This document shows, piece after piece, positions 17,543 to 26,372 of a DNA stretch of 64,000 nucleotides; position 1 is the stretch's first letter; the number at the start of each line of letters is the position of its first letter. Under the pieces are notes generated by a model, which was not told the origin of the DNA, made no database searches, and saw nothing but the letters and a program-made list of their open reading frames with translations. The DNA lies in NCBI GenBank assembly GCA_016710595.1, contig JADJVM010000005.1:339657-403656 (forward strand). Direction: 5' to 3'. The DNA is from Niastella sp. Its GTDB lineage: Bacteria > Bacteroidota > Bacteroidia > Chitinophagales > Chitinophagaceae. The position numbers and the translations under genes are program-made.

Positions 17543-18940
17543 TTACTTTACACTTAATCTGTTAGATGAATGATATGCAGGGTAAATTTGCCCGGGTTTT
17601 GGATTGAAATAACAAGCCAATTGATTTTTTAATAATGGATAAATGATCATGAGAAACCCTGTTACCAGAAAGCAGCCTGAAATAAAGAAACCAATAAAAA
17701 AGGGTTTTAATTGTTCCATCATACTGCTAAATGGAACTTGCGATATACTCATTTGCCAATGTGCTTTCATTACCCCGGCTCCGATCAATGAAATCCAAAA
17801 AGTAAATAGTGAAATATTGGTAAGCCAATACCCAGTGGTAAACATTTTTTTATAAGGTTCAAAAGTTCGGCAGGTATCATGCAAAATATCGAATCCAAAA
17901 GCAAGTAATAAAAAACTATTAATACCAATGGTAGCGCCCATGGTATGAGCCACCGTAATATGGGTACCATGTGTATATACGTTTATGGCAGGGATTGACA
18001 TGCAAATGGCCAGCAATAAAGTTAAAAATATCCATACATCAGCCGCAGCTAAAAAGCGATAGCTAAATGAATAGAAATGTTTTTTTGCGGTGCTTAACGA
18101 AGCCCGCCACAAATATATGATCCTGCCCAAAATAAAGAGCTCCGTCATACTTACCGCATAACTAATATGCTTTACATAAGCATGTGTTGGTAAAGTATAA
18201 ATATGATGCCCCCAGTTGAACATGAGATTAAACAAACCGGTAAAATAAAGTACAAATGCAATGGTAGAATGGCCATAGGTTTTGGTCTTACTTATTTTAT
18301 CCATTAAAAAAATACTGCAGCCATAAATCAGCATATTCCAGGAACCCACCATTGATCCATAAGATTTCCATTGAATGGTCATATCATTTACCACATTATT
18401 TCTAAAGTAAGGGAATACCCATAAATAAGATTCAGCAAAAGTGAATAAGAAAAAAATTACACCCGTTAACCACATCCACACATACACAGGTTGCTTGCGA
18501 AAACTTCCCATAGATTTTATAAAATTCACCAAAAACAATACCCAGCCAATGGCAATGGGCAACGCTAATAATGGATGGAATTCCCAATATTCCCTTCCGC
18601 CAAAAATTCCGATACTATAAGAAACCAGGATGGCAAGAATGGATAAACAAAAGATGATAAATTGAATTTTTAGCAATACTGCAGAATATATTTTTTTACC
18701 GGTATGTTCCTGTAAATAAGTAAGCACTCCGCCCATCGCTCCAAAAATGATCCAAAACACAACCGATGAAACATGCAATGGCCTTATTCTTTCAAAAGAA
18801 AGATACTTTTTAAAAAGGCCCGGCATAATATATTGTAATGCCCCAATCAAGCCAAAAAGGATACCTACGGCTAGTAACAATAAACCTGCTACTAAAAATA
18901 ATTTTGAAGTAGTGAGTTGCTTATTGTTCAATGGTTCCAT
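17543..18940 (-). CDS. Heme-copper oxidase superfamily subunit I homologue (NorB/CcoN-like; candidate nitric-oxide reductase catalytic subunit, atypical ligand set)
   Basis: 12-TM protein with RPLHVSS (helix II His), NWGHHIY (HH pair) and YTHGTHITVAHTMG (helix X). The start at 18940 (MEPLNNKQ) overlaps the upstream cytochrome c stop by 20 nt. The longest ORF runs to 19018. Confidence 0.75.
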   Translation of the reverse strand: MEPLNNKQLTTSKLFLVAGLLLLAVGILFGLIGALQYIMPGLFKKYLSFERIRPLHVSSVVFWIIFGAMGGVLTYLQEHTGKKIYSAVLLKIQFIIFCLSILAILVSYSIGIFGGREYWEFHPLLALPIAIGWVLFLVNFIKSMGSFRKQPVYVWMWLTGVIFFLFTFAESYLWVFPYFRNNVVNDMTIQWKSYGSMVGSWNMLIYGCSIFLMDKISKTKTYGHSTIAFVLYFTGLFNLMFNWGHHIYTLPTHAYVKHISYAVSMTELFILGRIIYLWRASLSTAKKHFYSFSYRFLAAADVWIFLTLLLAICMSIPAINVYTHGTHITVAHTMGATIGINSFLLLAFGFDILHDTCRTFEPYKKMFTTGYWLTNISLFTFWISLIGAGVMKAHWQMSISQVPFSSMMEQLKPFFIGFFISGCFLVTGFLMIIYPLLKNQLACYFNPKPGQIYPAYHSSNRLSVK

Positions 18941-19397
18941 CAAAGTGAATTTTAAAAGTTCGGGGATCTGCTTTTCCGGAGGAATCAATATTTTGTAAAT
19001 AAGCAGTAAGCGATTCAATTTCGGAATCGCTTAAATGAAAATTTGGCATAATGGCCGTACCACTTTTTAAAAAAGAAGAAATATAATTAGCGCCCCTTTT
19101 TGAATATACATTCGTTAAATCGGGACCCAGGTACCCACCCAGCCCATATACCTGGTGACAAGCATTACAATTATATTGCTGCCATAACTGTTTCCCCTCG
19201 CTGGCCTTATTAGATACCGGGCTTTCTTTTACAGGTAATGAAGTATATATGTAAAAAGAATAAGATAAAAATGAGACCAGCAATAAAACGGCAACTGTAA
19301 TTTTTTGTTTATCAGAAGGCATATATCCACTTACATAATTAACGACAAAAATATCTTTAATTATGATACTGACAAACAATTTTTTTGAAATGCACAC
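18921..19397 (-). CDS. Membrane-anchored mono-haem cytochrome c (NorC-like subunit)
   Basis: N-terminal TM (VAVLLLVSFLSYSFYIY), CNACH haem motif, and GLGGYLGPDLTNV resembling the NorC block after the haem site. Downstream Met (GTAIMPNF). Confidence 0.7.
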   Translation of the reverse strand: MCISKKLFVSIIIKDIFVVNYVSGYMPSDKQKITVAVLLLVSFLSYSFYIYTSLPVKESPVSNKASEGKQLWQQYNCNACHQVYGLGGYLGPDLTNVYSKRGANYISSFLKSGTAIMPNFHLSDSEIESLTAYLQNIDSSGKADPRTFKIHFDGTIEQ

Positions 19398-19540
19398 TCA
19401 TTTTTATGCTATGATTGATGCATCCTCTTCATTTTTAAGGTATAAAATATTTTTTTTGTTACCTTGAGAGCAGCAGATACTAGGGTATTCATAAATAATC
19501 GTTCATTTCAGGAAAGTATATGCATCCAAATAAATGCTTT

Positions 19541-20623
19541 TTAATAAACGATATCATACACATCGCTACTTCCTTCTCCGATTGCTACTATCACTTTAGC
19601 TGATTGTTTGTTACCATATAAAAAAAGATTTATGGGCAAATACCGGAATCCTTTTCCGGCATCTTCATATAGATAAAATTCAAATGGCTTTTTTTCATAC
19701 GGAATTTTTACCATGAAATAAGTGGTAGCTAATTCATTTATCCTTCTCATATCAGATAAATTAGAAATTTTATATTTATCCGTTGCTGCTTTTAACTTCA
19801 CAAATAATTCATCATATAATTTTTTTGCCTGGACATAGGGTTCGTCTTTGCTGTACATAAAATAAATCAATTTATTACCGTGGTCAAGCAATTGTAAACT
19901 CACAGCCATCTGGTTATCAAGTGGAACCGGGTTTGTAGGATAATATGCTAGTATCTTTTTGTATTTTTCTAATTCATTTTTATCATATGTTTTAGGAATC
20001 GTGCTAAATCCTGCGGTCCAGTTATTGCATATATAAGATAGGCGTTGCTGAAACCCCCAACTTGTATCTTTAGGCTGCCAGTCCTGGTTTAAAATAGCTA
20101 TTGTATAATCAATTGATGCAGTATCCAGGCTACGGCTGTAAAATCCATAAGAATCATTCATTTCATTCTCCAATTCCACAATCTCATTTTTATAATTAAT
20201 ATTGAAGAGTACATCAAAAGTATCCGTTCTGTTTGCCTGGAAAATCAGTTCGCTTCGATACCTGATTAACCCGAAAGTATGCAGAACAGTATCTTCATTT
20301 GTACTTACATATTTTCCTGAAACCCGGTCATACACATCAATACTTACCGGCCTTCTACTATGGCATCCTGCTTTGGCAACCAGCCAATCTCCTTTCTTTA
20401 GCCAGACCTTTTCATTTAGATAAAGCCTGGATTTACCCAATCTTTTTGACGGCTTGCAATCATATTTGCTAAATGCCTGTACAGGGCCATTATTTATATT
20501 TACTATTAATTGCGCCCAAGCAATAACCCCTACTAATGAAAACCAAACGCTAAATATCATTTTTATGATTATCGAATATTTCATAAACGGTGTATTTGTT
20601 TTTTTGCTAATTGAAAAGATCAT
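19541..20623 (-). CDS. Hypothetical secreted protein
   Basis: Long ORF with a signal-like N-terminus (an alternative start MKYSIIIKMIFSVWFSLVGVIAWAQ at 20584). No recognisable family. Confidence 0.45.
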   Translation of the reverse strand: MIFSISKKTNTPFMKYSIIIKMIFSVWFSLVGVIAWAQLIVNINNGPVQAFSKYDCKPSKRLGKSRLYLNEKVWLKKGDWLVAKAGCHSRRPVSIDVYDRVSGKYVSTNEDTVLHTFGLIRYRSELIFQANRTDTFDVLFNINYKNEIVELENEMNDSYGFYSRSLDTASIDYTIAILNQDWQPKDTSWGFQQRLSYICNNWTAGFSTIPKTYDKNELEKYKKILAYYPTNPVPLDNQMAVSLQLLDHGNKLIYFMYSKDEPYVQAKKLYDELFVKLKAATDKYKISNLSDMRRINELATTYFMVKIPYEKKPFEFYLYEDAGKGFRYLPINLFLYGNKQSAKVIVAIGEGSSDVYDIVY

Positions 20624-20628
20624 TCTTT

Positions 20629-21540
20629 TTATTGATGAGGTAGAAGTGCCATAATTTTAAAAATATGTAGTATGTATGGAAATAATGCGTCCATACTTTC
20701 TGAAGCGCCCCGGGTAGAGCCGGGTAATGCTAAAATGAGGGTATTCCCTTTTAATCCACAAATGCTTCTCGATAACATCGAATAGGGAGTTTGCTCCTGG
20801 CCATAATTCCTGGCTGCTTCGGCAATGCCGGGAATTTCACGGTCGAGCATGGGGTATATGGCTTCGGGAGTAACGTCTCTTGGAGATAAACCAGTGCCAC
20901 CCGTTAGAATGATTAAATCCATTTTATTTTCATACAGTGATTGTACTTTTTCCTGTATCACTTTTATTTCATCAGGAATGATGCAATAATCTTTAATAGC
21001 AATCTCTGATTTTTCTAATTTGCTAATGATGGCTTTGCCGGCGGTATCCTGTTTCTTCCCGGCTGATATACTATCAGAACATACAATTACTGCTGCAGAA
21101 AGAGACCGGATCGGCTTGTCATTATATTGGGATTTGCCACCCTTTTTCTTAAGTAGTTTAATGCTCTTAATCTCAATTTCTTTATCAATCGGTTTCAGCA
21201 TATCATAAATAGTTAGCGCTACCACCGAGGCACCATGCATTGCTTCCACTTCTACCCCGGTACGGTAAATAGTGTGGACTTCTGTTTCAATAATAATATC
21301 CAGCCCTTCTATTGTATGCTTTACTGCTGCAAACTCTATTGGCAATGGATGACAATCGGGGATCATATCACTGGTTCTCTTAATTCCAAACAAACCCGCT
21401 ATACGACTGGCTTCCAACACATCGCCTTTGGGAACTGTTTTATTTTTTACAGCCTCAATGGTTTCCTGCTTGCTGACGCTTACGATGGCCTGTGCAATTG
21501 CAGAACGATGTGATTTTATTTTGTTGGTAATATCTATCAT
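20629..21540 (-). CDS. moaC: Bifunctional molybdenum cofactor biosynthesis protein MoaC / MoaB(MogA-like)
   Basis: N-terminal MoaC blocks ([31 protein letters not shown]). C-terminal MoaB/MogA blocks ([24 protein letters not shown]). Confidence 0.9.
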   Translation of the reverse strand: MIDITNKIKSHRSAIAQAIVSVSKQETIEAVKNKTVPKGDVLEASRIAGLFGIKRTSDMIPDCHPLPIEFAAVKHTIEGLDIIIETEVHTIYRTGVEVEAMHGASVVALTIYDMLKPIDKEIEIKSIKLLKKKGGKSQYNDKPIRSLSAAVIVCSDSISAGKKQDTAGKAIISKLEKSEIAIKDYCIIPDEIKVIQEKVQSLYENKMDLIILTGGTGLSPRDVTPEAIYPMLDREIPGIAEAARNYGQEQTPYSMLSRSICGLKGNTLILALPGSTRGASESMDALFPYILHIFKIMALLPHQ

Positions 21541-21546
21541 AACTTT

Positions 21547-21993
21547 TTATGTATTGGTTTTCCATTGAGAATTCTCATTGGTAAAAATTTCTTTTCCCCA
21601 AACGGGTACTTCTTTTTTAATCCGTTCAACAATTGCTTCACAGGTATCAATGGCATCTTTACGATGAATGGAGGAAGTAAATACAAATAAACTAATTTCT
21701 CCTGCCTTTACAATTCCAAGACTGTGATATATATGCATGCATATTATTGAAAACTTTTTAAAAGCATCTTCCCTGATATCGTGAAATTTTTCTTCTGCCA
21801 TTTCCCGATAGGTTGTGTATTCTATTGCGGCTACTTCTTCATTACCAATTTTGTCACTACGCACCTGGCCAAGAAAAATACTATGGGCTCCGATATTTTT
21901 TTTATGACTATGCTTTGCAATAGCTTCTGCAATGAAACCGGGATTGATTGGCCCGTCAATAAATATTGTATGACCCCTTTTTTCTTCCATCAT
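21547..21993 (-). CDS. moaE: Molybdopterin synthase catalytic subunit MoaE
   Basis: GAHSIFLGQVRSD...VAAIEYTTYREMAE...HRKDAIDTCEAIVERIKKEVPVWGKE are typical MoaE blocks. Confidence 0.85.
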   Translation of the reverse strand: MMEEKRGHTIFIDGPINPGFIAEAIAKHSHKKNIGAHSIFLGQVRSDKIGNEEVAAIEYTTYREMAEEKFHDIREDAFKKFSIICMHIYHSLGIVKAGEISLFVFTSSIHRKDAIDTCEAIVERIKKEVPVWGKEIFTNENSQWKTNT

Positions 21994-23138
21994 GGTTTTA
22001 TTGATGATGCATGTAAACTGTTAAGGTAATCTTTTTTCCATGCCTCTATTCCTCCTTTCAAACTCCAGACAGAACATTTCGGAAATTTTTCATTCAGTAT
22101 CTTTACTGCAGCCAGGCTTCGCTTTCCTGTTTGGCAAAAAACAACAATTTTATTTTTTATTGTAATGCTCTTCAACTCATTTTCAAATACACTCAAAGGA
22201 ATTTGTGTAAATAAAAATTCATCCACTTCAGGTAATTCACCTATTTCACGAACATCAATGATTTCTATTTTTTCCTGTATTCTAAGTCCGTCAAATTCTG
22301 CCGGTGTTAGTTCATTCAATACTGCGTGTGCATTACAAAACCACTCATAATCAAACTTCTCAAATTCTTCTTTATTTTTTGGAACGGATGCATCGGTTCC
22401 TTTTGCCGGCGAAATCATAAAGTCGTAAAATAAATTAGTCAGCGCATTGTAAGATATAATAGTGTTGCACAAAGGTTTGCCAATGCCAGTAATAATTTTA
22501 ATGACTTCAGTTGCCTGCATGGTACCAATAATACCCGGCAATACGCCGAGCACACCTGCTTCGTTACAAGATGGCGCAGATGCGGGATCCGGAGGAACAG
22601 GAAACAAATCACGATAATTGGATTTGATATTCGTGTCCTTATCTTCCATGTTAAATACACCAATCTGCCCTTCAAAGCGAAGTACTGCGCCATACAGCAA
22701 AGGTTTATTTAGTAACATGCATGCATCATTAATAAGGTATCGTGTTGCAAAATTATCAGTGCCATCCATCACTACATCATAACTACTTATTATATCAAGT
22801 GAATTTTTTGAGTCTAATTTAATGTTATGAATATGAAACAGAATATCCGGATTAAATGCTTTCATTTTATCAGCCGCTGTTTGCGCTTTGAGTTTTCCGA
22901 TATCTTCAACAGAATACAAAGTTTGCCTTTGAAGATTGGTAAATTCTACAATATCAAAATCAACAATCCCAATAGTTCCAACACCGGCGGCAGCCAGGTA
23001 TTGCAAAGCCGGACAACCGAGCCCTCCGGCTCCCACGACCAATACTTTTGACCGGAATAATTTTTCCTGTGCAGCAGTCCCAAATTCTTTGAGGACTGTT
23101 TGACGCTGATATCGGTGATATTTATTTAAAGAAGTCAT
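21990..23138 (-). CDS. moeB: Molybdopterin-synthase adenylyltransferase MoeB (ThiF/HesA family) with C-terminal rhodanese domain
   Basis: RYQRQTVL, nucleotide loop VVGAGGLGCP, and NLQRQ. The C-terminal roughly 100 aa form a rhodanese-like domain with CQTGKRS. Confidence 0.85.
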   Translation of the reverse strand: MTSLNKYHRYQRQTVLKEFGTAAQEKLFRSKVLVVGAGGLGCPALQYLAAAGVGTIGIVDFDIVEFTNLQRQTLYSVEDIGKLKAQTAADKMKAFNPDILFHIHNIKLDSKNSLDIISSYDVVMDGTDNFATRYLINDACMLLNKPLLYGAVLRFEGQIGVFNMEDKDTNIKSNYRDLFPVPPDPASAPSCNEAGVLGVLPGIIGTMQATEVIKIITGIGKPLCNTIISYNALTNLFYDFMISPAKGTDASVPKNKEEFEKFDYEWFCNAHAVLNELTPAEFDGLRIQEKIEIIDVREIGELPEVDEFLFTQIPLSVFENELKSITIKNKIVVFCQTGKRSLAAVKILNEKFPKCSVWSLKGGIEAWKKDYLNSLHASSIKP

Positions 23139-23148
23139 TTTGTTTTAT

Positions 23149-23382
23149 TTATCCCCCTGAAAAAGGAGGAAGTATCGCAACAGTATCCTGATGCTGCAAT
23201 TGCGTATTTTCCTGGATGATTTTTTTATTTACAGCAATAGAATATTTATTGGATTGTAATGCGGGGTAATTATTTTCAAGCAATTTAATTAATTCATCAG
23301 TGTTCTCTGCGCCAGAAATTTTCAACTTAGTCTCTTTGATGATATCGGTAATTTGCCCGAATGTAAGTACATCAATCTCCAT
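23149..23382 (-). CDS. moaD: Molybdopterin synthase sulfur-carrier subunit MoaD
   Basis: 77-aa ubiquitin-like protein ending in ...PPFSGG. Confidence 0.8.
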   Translation of the reverse strand: MEIDVLTFGQITDIIKETKLKISGAENTDELIKLLENNYPALQSNKYSIAVNKKIIQENTQLQHQDTVAILPPFSGG

Positions 23383-23383
23383 T

Positions 23384-23971
23384 TTATAATTGTTTTAATG
23401 CATTCTGAAAATCATCTTCATTATTTATGTTCGTAAACAATAAATCATGAAATAGTTCATTTTTTTGATTATCTAACTTCAACAAATCAAAATAAGTTAC
23501 CATCTCCTGCAATTTAATAATTCCCCGCTCAATAAGTTGCTTCCATTTTGGTAAACATTGCCTGGAATAAACTCCAAATAAGGGTTGGATTTTACCGTGA
23601 AACAATGGCAGGACTATTTGCGAATGTGTTGCATACTGCATCACGTATGTAACAGCATTGGCAGCAATGAAAGGCATATCACAACTCACAATAAATGTTT
23701 GTTCAGTTTGGGTGTGGCTCAAAGCCGCATGAATACCGCCTGCGGGGCCAATATCTTTTATCAAATCTTCAATTACTGGCAATCCGAATTGTTCATACTC
23801 ATGATTGTTTGAAACAATAATCACTTCATTTACTGCCGGCGATAATTGCTCAATAATTCTTTGTACAATTGGCTTGTTATTGAATAAGAGCAATCCCTTA
23901 TCTGTTCCCATGCGGGAACTTTTGCCTCCGGCGAGAATGTATGCGTTAATATGGTTTATTTTATTGGTCAC
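23384..23971 (-). CDS. mobA: Molybdenum cofactor guanylyltransferase MobA
   Basis: YILAGGKSSRMGTDKGLL motif. The GTG at 23971 gives a typical roughly 195-aa MobA. The longest ORF (to 24037) would overlap the upstream gene. Confidence 0.75.
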   Translation of the reverse strand: MTNKINHINAYILAGGKSSRMGTDKGLLLFNNKPIVQRIIEQLSPAVNEVIIVSNNHEYEQFGLPVIEDLIKDIGPAGGIHAALSHTQTEQTFIVSCDMPFIAANAVTYVMQYATHSQIVLPLFHGKIQPLFGVYSRQCLPKWKQLIERGIIKLQEMVTYFDLLKLDNQKNELFHDLLFTNINNEDDFQNALKQL

Positions 23972-23987
23972 AAATTGGGCTTCGATT

Positions 23988-24329
23988 TTATTTTTGAGTT
24001 GTATCAATCTTTTGCCTTGAGGTAATTCTAATAGCATTAGTGCTTTCTATCCATTTCTTTGGTGTCATCACAAAGCTGTTTAGCGCTGCTTGCTTTCTAA
24101 ACCCCTCGAATTCGAGGGGTTTAAAACCAGGATTGTAAATCGTTTCCCAAAATTCTAGCAATTCGATGGTATTTCTGTTCCGCATCCAATTTTGGATGAT
24201 AGAATCTGTATGTTCTGCATCTTTATAACGGGCAATATCCGTTAATGAAATATAGTCTTCAAATTGCCCGTTAGCAACATTTATGAAAGCTCCTCTAACT
24301 TGTATTTTTCTATTTTTTTCCATACTCAA
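23988..24329 (-). CDS. KilA-N domain protein (short, N-terminal domain only; possibly a truncated remnant)
   Basis: YISLTDIARYKD...IIQNWMRNRNTIELLEFWE..NPGFKPLEFEGF...SFVMTPKKWIESTNAI matches the Bacteroidetes KilA-N family as I remember it. The usual C-terminal half is absent. Confidence 0.6.
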   Translation of the reverse strand: MSMEKNRKIQVRGAFINVANGQFEDYISLTDIARYKDAEHTDSIIQNWMRNRNTIELLEFWETIYNPGFKPLEFEGFRKQAALNSFVMTPKKWIESTNAIRITSRQKIDTTQK

Positions 24330-24414
24330 TTCATTAAATAAATTTGATTGAAAATAAAATCTGCTTCTACTGCTGTCTTAACAACAATACAAATTTTATT
24401 GGTTTATACATCCC

Positions 24415-25146
24415 TCAGGCAAATAATAATTTAACTGACGCCATCAGCAAAACGACTGCTAACAATCTTTTTAAAAATAAATGATTCAATTTCTTCGCAC
24501 CCAGGTAGGAACCGGCAAGGCCGCCTGAAAATGCAATTACAATCATCCACACAATTTCGGGTTTGTATTCAAATCCTGTTGTAAAAATACCGGCCAGACC
24601 TGCAAGTGAATTTACAAAGATGAACAATGCAGATACTGCTGCAGTTTGCTTCATATTTGCCCAATGCAACAATAATATGGCCGGGCTTAAAATAATTCCT
24701 CCGCCAATACCAATCATCCCGGAAAATAAACCGATAATGGCGCCTATGAGCAAGGAAGCAAACAGGGTTTGTTCTTTATCTGTATTTTCGGAATTAAATT
24801 TTATACCTCCTAATCTTACCACCGGAAAGAGAAGCAGCATTCCTAGAATTTTTTTGTACCAGGCTGCATCCATGATGATTAACCCTCCGACAAAAGCAGC
24901 GGGAATAGATGCAATTGCAAAAGGCCAGAACAGTTTCCAGCGGAAGTGCCCGTTTCGATAATATTGTATAAAGGCAGTGAGCGAAACAAAAAGATTCAGT
25001 ATTAATGCGGTTGGCCTCATCATCTCAGGTGCAAAGGAAAAAAATGCCATGAGTGCCAAATAGCCGCTGGCACCACCATGCCCTACGGATGAATAGAGAA
25101 AAGCAACCATAAAAAGCAATATATAAAAGATAATTTCAGTGTGCAT
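24415..25146 (-). CDS. TauE/SafE family sulfite/anion exporter
   Basis: Eight-TM duplicated architecture with GxGGG motifs (VGHGGASGY; MIGIGGGIIL). Confidence 0.8.
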   Translation of the reverse strand: MHTEIIFYILLFMVAFLYSSVGHGGASGYLALMAFFSFAPEMMRPTALILNLFVSLTAFIQYYRNGHFRWKLFWPFAIASIPAAFVGGLIIMDAAWYKKILGMLLLFPVVRLGGIKFNSENTDKEQTLFASLLIGAIIGLFSGMIGIGGGIILSPAILLLHWANMKQTAAVSALFIFVNSLAGLAGIFTTGFEYKPEIVWMIVIAFSGGLAGSYLGAKKLNHLFLKRLLAVVLLMASVKLLFA

Positions 25147-25194
25147 TGTTTCCTGTGGCTAAAATATTTTTATAATTTTTTTCAGTCTTAATCT

Positions 25195-26370
25195 TCAATC
25201 AATCATAAGAACCTCTACCATTTCTCCCTTCAGAAATTGTTCTTTGTCTTCTTCCAGTTCAATGATACAATCTGCAACGGCAAAAGAATTCAACAGATAG
25301 CTTGCCTGGTTTTCTAAAATTGAAACCTCATTGAGCTTTGTTTTTCCTTTAAGAAAAAAAGTCATTCCTGGTTTCTTTTTATAATCATTTGATAATGGCA
25401 GTGATATTTTTTTAAAATATTCTTTTTTAATAAAGCTGCTGATAGCATTTGCTACATATTCATAAAAACAGGTAAGCACCGATGCGGGATTCCCGGGAAG
25501 CCCGAAGACAAGGGTTTGCTGATGTTTACCAAAATAAAAGGGTTTGCCGGGTTTCTGTTTTACCTTATGAAATATTTCTTTTACGGCACATTTTTGCAGC
25601 GATGAAATAACAAAATCGTAATCGCCTACCGACACACCTCCGGATAGAATGATAATATCTGAACTTAATTGATTGTTGATAGCATTGGTTATTTTATCTT
25701 CATCATCATCCACCATTTCTACGGAAGCAGGAACAATATTCATTTGCCCCAATGCAGCAGAAAGCCCAAGTGAATTGGATTCATAAATTTTTCCCTTACT
25801 CATGGCCTCCCCGGGTTTTATTAATTCTTTTCCGGTAACAATAATGCTGATAACAGGATTTGAATAAACCTTCACTTTATCAATACCCAAACCTGCCAGA
25901 AATGAAATAGATGCTGGTGAAAGATAATGTCCTTCGGGCAAGGCAATCTCTCCATTTTTAGTTTGCGAACCTTGCAGCCTTACATTGCTTCCTTTGATGA
26001 GTTTATCATCATTTATGCTAATGTACTTACCATTTTTTATTACATTTTCCTGGATAACCACAGTATTAGCACCCAGTGGTAAAGCGGCTCCGGTAAATAT
26101 GCGAATGGCTTCGTTAGGCTTTAGATTTTGTGCCAAATAATTTCCTGCCTGCACTTCTCCATTTAAAAATAAATCGGATTTACCATCCCAGGTTTCAAAA
26201 GAAAATGCATAACCGTCCATGGCTGATTGGTCAAATGGTGGTGTATCAATTGGTGAAAGGACAGGTTCGGCCAATACGAATCCATAAGCCGCATTTAAGA
26301 ACATCATTTCAACTTTTGTTTGCAGCCCATTTTCATGAATTAGTTTTCTTGCTTCAGGCACCGTTATCAT
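25195..26370 (-). CDS. moeA: Molybdopterin molybdotransferase MoeA
   Basis: SPIDTPPFDQSAMDGYAF, ILSGGVSVGDYDF and GLPGNPAS are MoeA signature blocks. Confidence 0.9.
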   Translation of the reverse strand: MITVPEARKLIHENGLQTKVEMMFLNAAYGFVLAEPVLSPIDTPPFDQSAMDGYAFSFETWDGKSDLFLNGEVQAGNYLAQNLKPNEAIRIFTGAALPLGANTVVIQENVIKNGKYISINDDKLIKGSNVRLQGSQTKNGEIALPEGHYLSPASISFLAGLGIDKVKVYSNPVISIIVTGKELIKPGEAMSKGKIYESNSLGLSAALGQMNIVPASVEMVDDDEDKITNAINNQLSSDIIILSGGVSVGDYDFVISSLQKCAVKEIFHKVKQKPGKPFYFGKHQQTLVFGLPGNPASVLTCFYEYVANAISSFIKKEYFKKISLPLSNDYKKKPGMTFFLKGKTKLNEVSILENQASYLLNSFAVADCIIELEEDKEQFLKGEMVEVLMID

Positions 26371-26372
26371 TT

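Noticed and set aside
19417-19527. Two ATGCATCC motifs (19418-19425 and 19520-19527) upstream of the NorC-like gene, considered as NsrR (Rrf2) half-sites.
   Set aside because: They match only the GATGC core of the E. coli NsrR half-site as I remember it. There is no inverted partner, and the Bacteroidota Rrf2 site is unknown, so the evidence is too weak to call.
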